Assembly: GCA_022560555.1 (NCBI GenBank)
Contig: JADFSZ010000070.1
Span: 1-8,439 of the forward strand
Direction: 5' to 3'
Length of the DNA: 8,439 nucleotides
Source of the DNA: PVC group bacterium
Lineage (GTDB): Bacteria; GCA-001730085; JADFSZ01
The translations under genes were made by a program, and so were the position numbers. A model generated the notes under the pieces. It was not told the origin of the DNA, made no database searches, and was given only the letters and a program-made list of their open reading frames with translations. Below are positions 5,915 to 8,439 of this stretch, piece by piece (the first letter of the stretch is position 1; each line of letters starts with the position of its first letter).

Positions 5915-6838
5915 TTAGGAGGAAGTTTTCGTAACTTCTTGATGCACATGATCTATGGCCAATTGCAGACCCCGGCACGGAATAACCCCGGAGCTCATAT
6001 CCGGCAAAATCCGCCAGATCGGACCAACTCTATCAATCTTGATCCATACCGATTGTGTTAAAGGGCCCTCAACAATAACAACACTCTGCATGGCACGCTC
6101 GCGCTTGGGATCAAAAAGAAACTCCTTGAAGCGGAGGGTGACATCTTGATGAACGTCTTCAGGATGAAATTTTTGCGGATCAAAATGATTGACTGTATAG
6201 GTGTTCATGTTCGGGGTGTCCGTTGGAGACAACTTGTGATGCTGATGTTTCACCAAGTATACTTCAAAAAACTGTTTTTGTCCTTCTTCTGCCCATTTTC
6301 GCTCATATTTTGTGTCAAGCCGCGCGGGGATCTGTTGGGATGTCACCACAAAGCCTGTGTCCATTGCTTGGTCCATAATCCAATTTTTAAATGCCTCCTG
6401 ATCGGTAACAATACGCACGTGTCCTTTGGATCTCAATCGGTTGTTTAAGATTAATAAAAAATCACGCGAAAATAATCGGTATTTGATATGCCGCCTCTTC
6501 GGCCAAGGACATGGAAATAACGCGGTAATTTCACGAAGGCTGTTTGGTTTAGTATATCTCTCAAAAAGAACGCGGGCGTCATGCCAAACAACATAGGCAT
6601 TCCTCAAACCAGCTTGGTGGATTCTTCTCAAGGCTCTTGCCGCATAAGTCCATCGGCATTCAATCCCCAAAAATGTCTGTTCGGGATGTTTCAGAGCGTT
6701 TCGGGTAAAATATTCTCCGTTCCCGATCCCGATTTCAATATTGAGCCCCATTTGATTTTTCATTCCCTCCGCGTTTGGGAACTGAGACATGGGAATGAGA
6801 AATTTGTAAATGGACTCGTTTTGGGCCGTGAGTTTCAT
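5915..6838 (-). CDS. trmB: TrmB-like tRNA (guanine-N7)-methyltransferase with a ~110-aa C-terminal extension
   Basis: 307-aa ORF with an ATG start and AAGGA 9 nt upstream. TrmB motifs appear in order: IEIGIGNGEY (SAM-binding EIGFGxG), FLGIE, ALFPCPWPKRRHIKYRL (FPDPWxKxRHxKRR with Cys for Asp), RIVTDQEAF and TKYERKWAEEG. Residues ~197-307 have no counterpart in ordinary ~210-240-aa TrmB proteins. Confidence 0.8.
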   Translation of the reverse strand: MKLTAQNESIYKFLIPMSQFPNAEGMKNQMGLNIEIGIGNGEYFTRNALKHPEQTFLGIECRWTYAARALRRIHQAGLRNAYVVWHDARVLFERYTKPNSLREITALFPCPWPKRRHIKYRLFSRDFLLILNNRLRSKGHVRIVTDQEAFKNWIMDQAMDTGFVVTSQQIPARLDTKYERKWAEEGQKQFFEVYLVKHQHHKLSPTDTPNMNTYTVNHFDPQKFHPEDVHQDVTLRFKEFLFDPKRERAMQSVVIVEGPLTQSVWIKIDRVGPIWRILPDMSSGVIPCRGLQLAIDHVHQEVTKTSS

Positions 6839-6898
6839 CCGTATATTTCCTTAAAGGGCCTTTGTGTGAAAAAAGAGGATTTTTCTATTTACATCCTT

Positions 6899-6904
6899 TA
6901 TAAT
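6899..6904 (+). promoter_or_regulatory. Candidate -10 box for the yfcH-like gene
   Basis: Perfect TATAAT 42 nt upstream of ATG 6946, in the divergent intergenic region. There is no good -35 element at 16-18 nt and no obvious Shine-Dalgarno sequence before the ATG. Confidence 0.25.
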
Positions 6905-6945
6905 ACATCCGAGTAACAAATAACCACCCACTTTTTTGAATTTAC

Positions 6946-7857
6946 ATGAAAATACTTCTTGCCGGGGCTACAGGTTTTATCGGTAAATCACTCGTCCATT
7001 CTCTTGGTGAAGCCGGTCATCATGTGACGGCTTTGACTCGTTCAAAAACAAAGAATAATTTGCCTTGCGTTTCTATAATTTGGGACGCTTCCTCGGTGGG
7101 GACCTGGTCAAAAGCCCTGGAGGGCACAGACGCTGTTATCAATTTGGCCGGAGAAAATATTGCGCGACGTCGTTGGACACGGCGGCAAAAAAAGCGCATT
7201 CTTGAAAGCCGCCTTCAAACGATCCAAGCTCTTTTTGACGCTATGGATCGGGCCCGGCAAAAACCCAAAATCTTTATTCAAGCTTCTGCCATCGGATATT
7301 ACGGCCCTTCGACAGACCAGGTTTTTACGGAAGACAACGGCCCCGGAACGGATTTTTTGTCTTCTGTTTGCCAAAGAGTTGAACATGAATTGGTGCAAGC
7401 GAAAGATGGGGATCTTCGGTGCGTGGCTCTTCGCATCGGGGTTGTTCTTGAAAAAGGAGGCGGCGCGCTGCCTAAAATCAGCTTCCCGTTTCGCCTTTTG
7501 ATGGGAGGACATTTAGGAAACGGCTCCCAATGGTTTTCATGGATCCACCGTCAAGATCTCATTGGCATCATTCATCACGTCCTCGAGAACTCATCGCTTC
7601 ATGGGGCTGTTAACGCAACCGCGCCGGAGCCGGTCACTCTTAAAGAATTTTGCCGGACACTCGGAGAGGTTCTTCATCGCCCCTCATGGGCCCACGTGCC
7701 CGGCTTTGTTCTTAAAATTCTTTTGGGAGAAATGTCAGAGATGGTTTTGTACGGACAACGTGTTTCGCCCAAAAAACTTTTGGACATTCAATATCCTTTT
7801 CTCTACCCAAATTGTCGTGACGCCCTTGAGGCGATTTTAAGACCGGCTTCTCCATGA
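6946..7857 (+). CDS. yfcH: TIGR01777/YfcH-family NAD(P)-binding epimerase-like protein (SDR39U1, DUF1731 C-terminus)
   Basis: 303-aa ORF, collinear with the YfcH family throughout: MKILLAGATGFIGKSL, DAVINLAGENIA..RWT...K..I..SR, IQASAIGYYG, R.GVVL...GGALPK...PFRL..GG.LG.G.QWFSWIH..D, PEPVT..EF...LG..LHRPS...VP.F.LK.LLGEMSE.VL.GQRV.P.KLL. Confidence 0.92.
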   Translation: MKILLAGATGFIGKSLVHSLGEAGHHVTALTRSKTKNNLPCVSIIWDASSVGTWSKALEGTDAVINLAGENIARRRWTRRQKKRILESRLQTIQALFDAMDRARQKPKIFIQASAIGYYGPSTDQVFTEDNGPGTDFLSSVCQRVEHELVQAKDGDLRCVALRIGVVLEKGGGALPKISFPFRLLMGGHLGNGSQWFSWIHRQDLIGIIHHVLENSSLHGAVNATAPEPVTLKEFCRTLGEVLHRPSWAHVPGFVLKILLGEMSEMVLYGQRVSPKKLLDIQYPFLYPNCRDALEAILRPASP

Positions 7858-8439
7858 TGAACCCTATTCATCCACAGATACATTTTCTGAGAAAACCTTT
7901 TACCCTCCATTTGTTTATACTCGCGGTAACGTGTATCACTATTTACTGGAACTCTGTCACGGCTCCTTTTCATTTTGATGACATCCGTTTTATTGTTGAG
8001 AACCCATACGCACATGACCCGTTCGATATTGCCGGTATCTGGCAGAATTTTAACCGCCGCTTTGTGACAGGATGGACCCTCTCTGTAAATTATTATTTGC
8101 ATGGAGCCGATGTCCGCGGATTTCATGGAGTTAATATCGCGATCCATTTGGGATGTGGTCTGTTGGTTTATTTTTTCACTCTGTTAATTTTTCAAACTCC
8201 GGCGCTCATAAATCACAAATTAAAAACCAGAGTCTCGCCTCTAGCTTTTGTCGCAAGTTTAATATTTCTCACTCACCCCTTGGCAACGAATGTGACAACT
8301 TATATTTGGCAAAGATCGGCATCATTGGCGTGCTTTTTCTATTTGGCAGCATGTGCGTCCTACCTTTTGGGACGACTACGAGTGTCAAAACGGTGGTATG
8401 TCATGTCCGGATTTTTCATGATCCTTGGTTTTCACTCCA
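7854..8439 (+). CDS. TMTC/DUF1736-like polytopic membrane protein (GT-C-type glycosyltransferase-like N-terminus; this family usually carries C-terminal TPR repeats), 5' portion only
   Basis: This ORF is not in the supplied track because it is open to the window end. It reads MMNPIHPQIHFLRKPFTLHLFILAVTCITIYWNSVTAPFHFDDIRFIVENPYAHDPFDIAGIWQNFNRRFVTGWTLSVNYYLHGADVRGFHGVNIAIHLGCGLLVYFFTLLIF...LIFLTHPLATNVTTYIWQRSASLACFFYLAA... The N..xxPFxFDDxxxIxxNP...R(P)...S..LNY.L.G....G[FY]H..N..LH pattern is characteristic of this family. The start ATG (7854-7856) overlaps the yfcH-like TGA stop (7855-7857). Confidence 0.7.
   Translation, partial: MMNPIHPQIHFLRKPFTLHLFILAVTCITIYWNSVTAPFHFDDIRFIVENPYAHDPFDIAGIWQNFNRRFVTGWTLSVNYYLHGADVRGFHGVNIAIHLGCGLLVYFFTLLIFQTPALINHKLKTRVSPLAFVASLIFLTHPLATNVTTYIWQRSASLACFFYLAACASYLLGRLRVSKRWYVMSGFFMILGFHS

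Noticed and set aside
5955-6916. Plus-strand ORFs 5955..6149, 6146..6448 and 6581..6916
   Set aside because: They lie antisense to the TrmB-like gene, whose motifs are unambiguous.
7108-8147. ORFs 7108..7512 (-), 7160..7501 (+), 7562..7840 (+) and 7803..8147 (-)
   Set aside because: The first three are nested in or out of frame with the full-length YfcH-family gene. The last is antisense to the edge-truncated TMTC-like ORF, which shows family-specific motifs and transmembrane segments.
1-8439. Mobile elements, CRISPR arrays, tRNA/rRNA genes and defence-system genes
   Set aside because: I saw no repeat-spacer periodicity, terminal inverted repeats, integrase, transposase or nuclease motifs, and no cloverleaf-capable intergenic sequence. 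The intergenic gaps are all 183 nt or shorter.

Overview
Gene-dense chromosomal window from what looks like an uncultivated bacterium. I saw no rRNA, tRNA, CRISPR array, transposase, integrase or terminal inverted repeats. I support nine protein-coding genes. Two of them run off the window edges and so are missing from the supplied ORF track. Minus strand, right to left: a membrane-anchored GerMN-domain protein, then the N-terminal (TPP-binding) and C-terminal halves of a divergent split transketolase, then the 5' third of a RuBisCO-like protein (form IV-like large-subunit homologue) cut by the left edge. Next comes a divergently transcribed YjbQ/UPF0047 gene. After it there is a minus-strand block: a TrmB-like tRNA m7G methyltransferase with a long C-terminal extension, then a small AsmA-like signal-anchored protein whose stop overlaps the GTG start of a YihY/BrkB membrane protein that carries a C-terminal winged-helix-like tail. 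On the plus strand a TIGR01777/YfcH epimerase-family gene has its stop overlapped (ATGA) by the start of a TMTC/DUF1736-like polytopic membrane protein that runs off the right edge. The best candidate for new biology is the split-transketolase plus RuBisCO-like-protein operon. It includes an exact 14-nt tandem duplication across the transketolase start codon and non-canonical residues in conserved TPP and active-site motifs. I see no defence-system or mobile-element signature. All family calls are by-eye motif recognition, and no searches were run.
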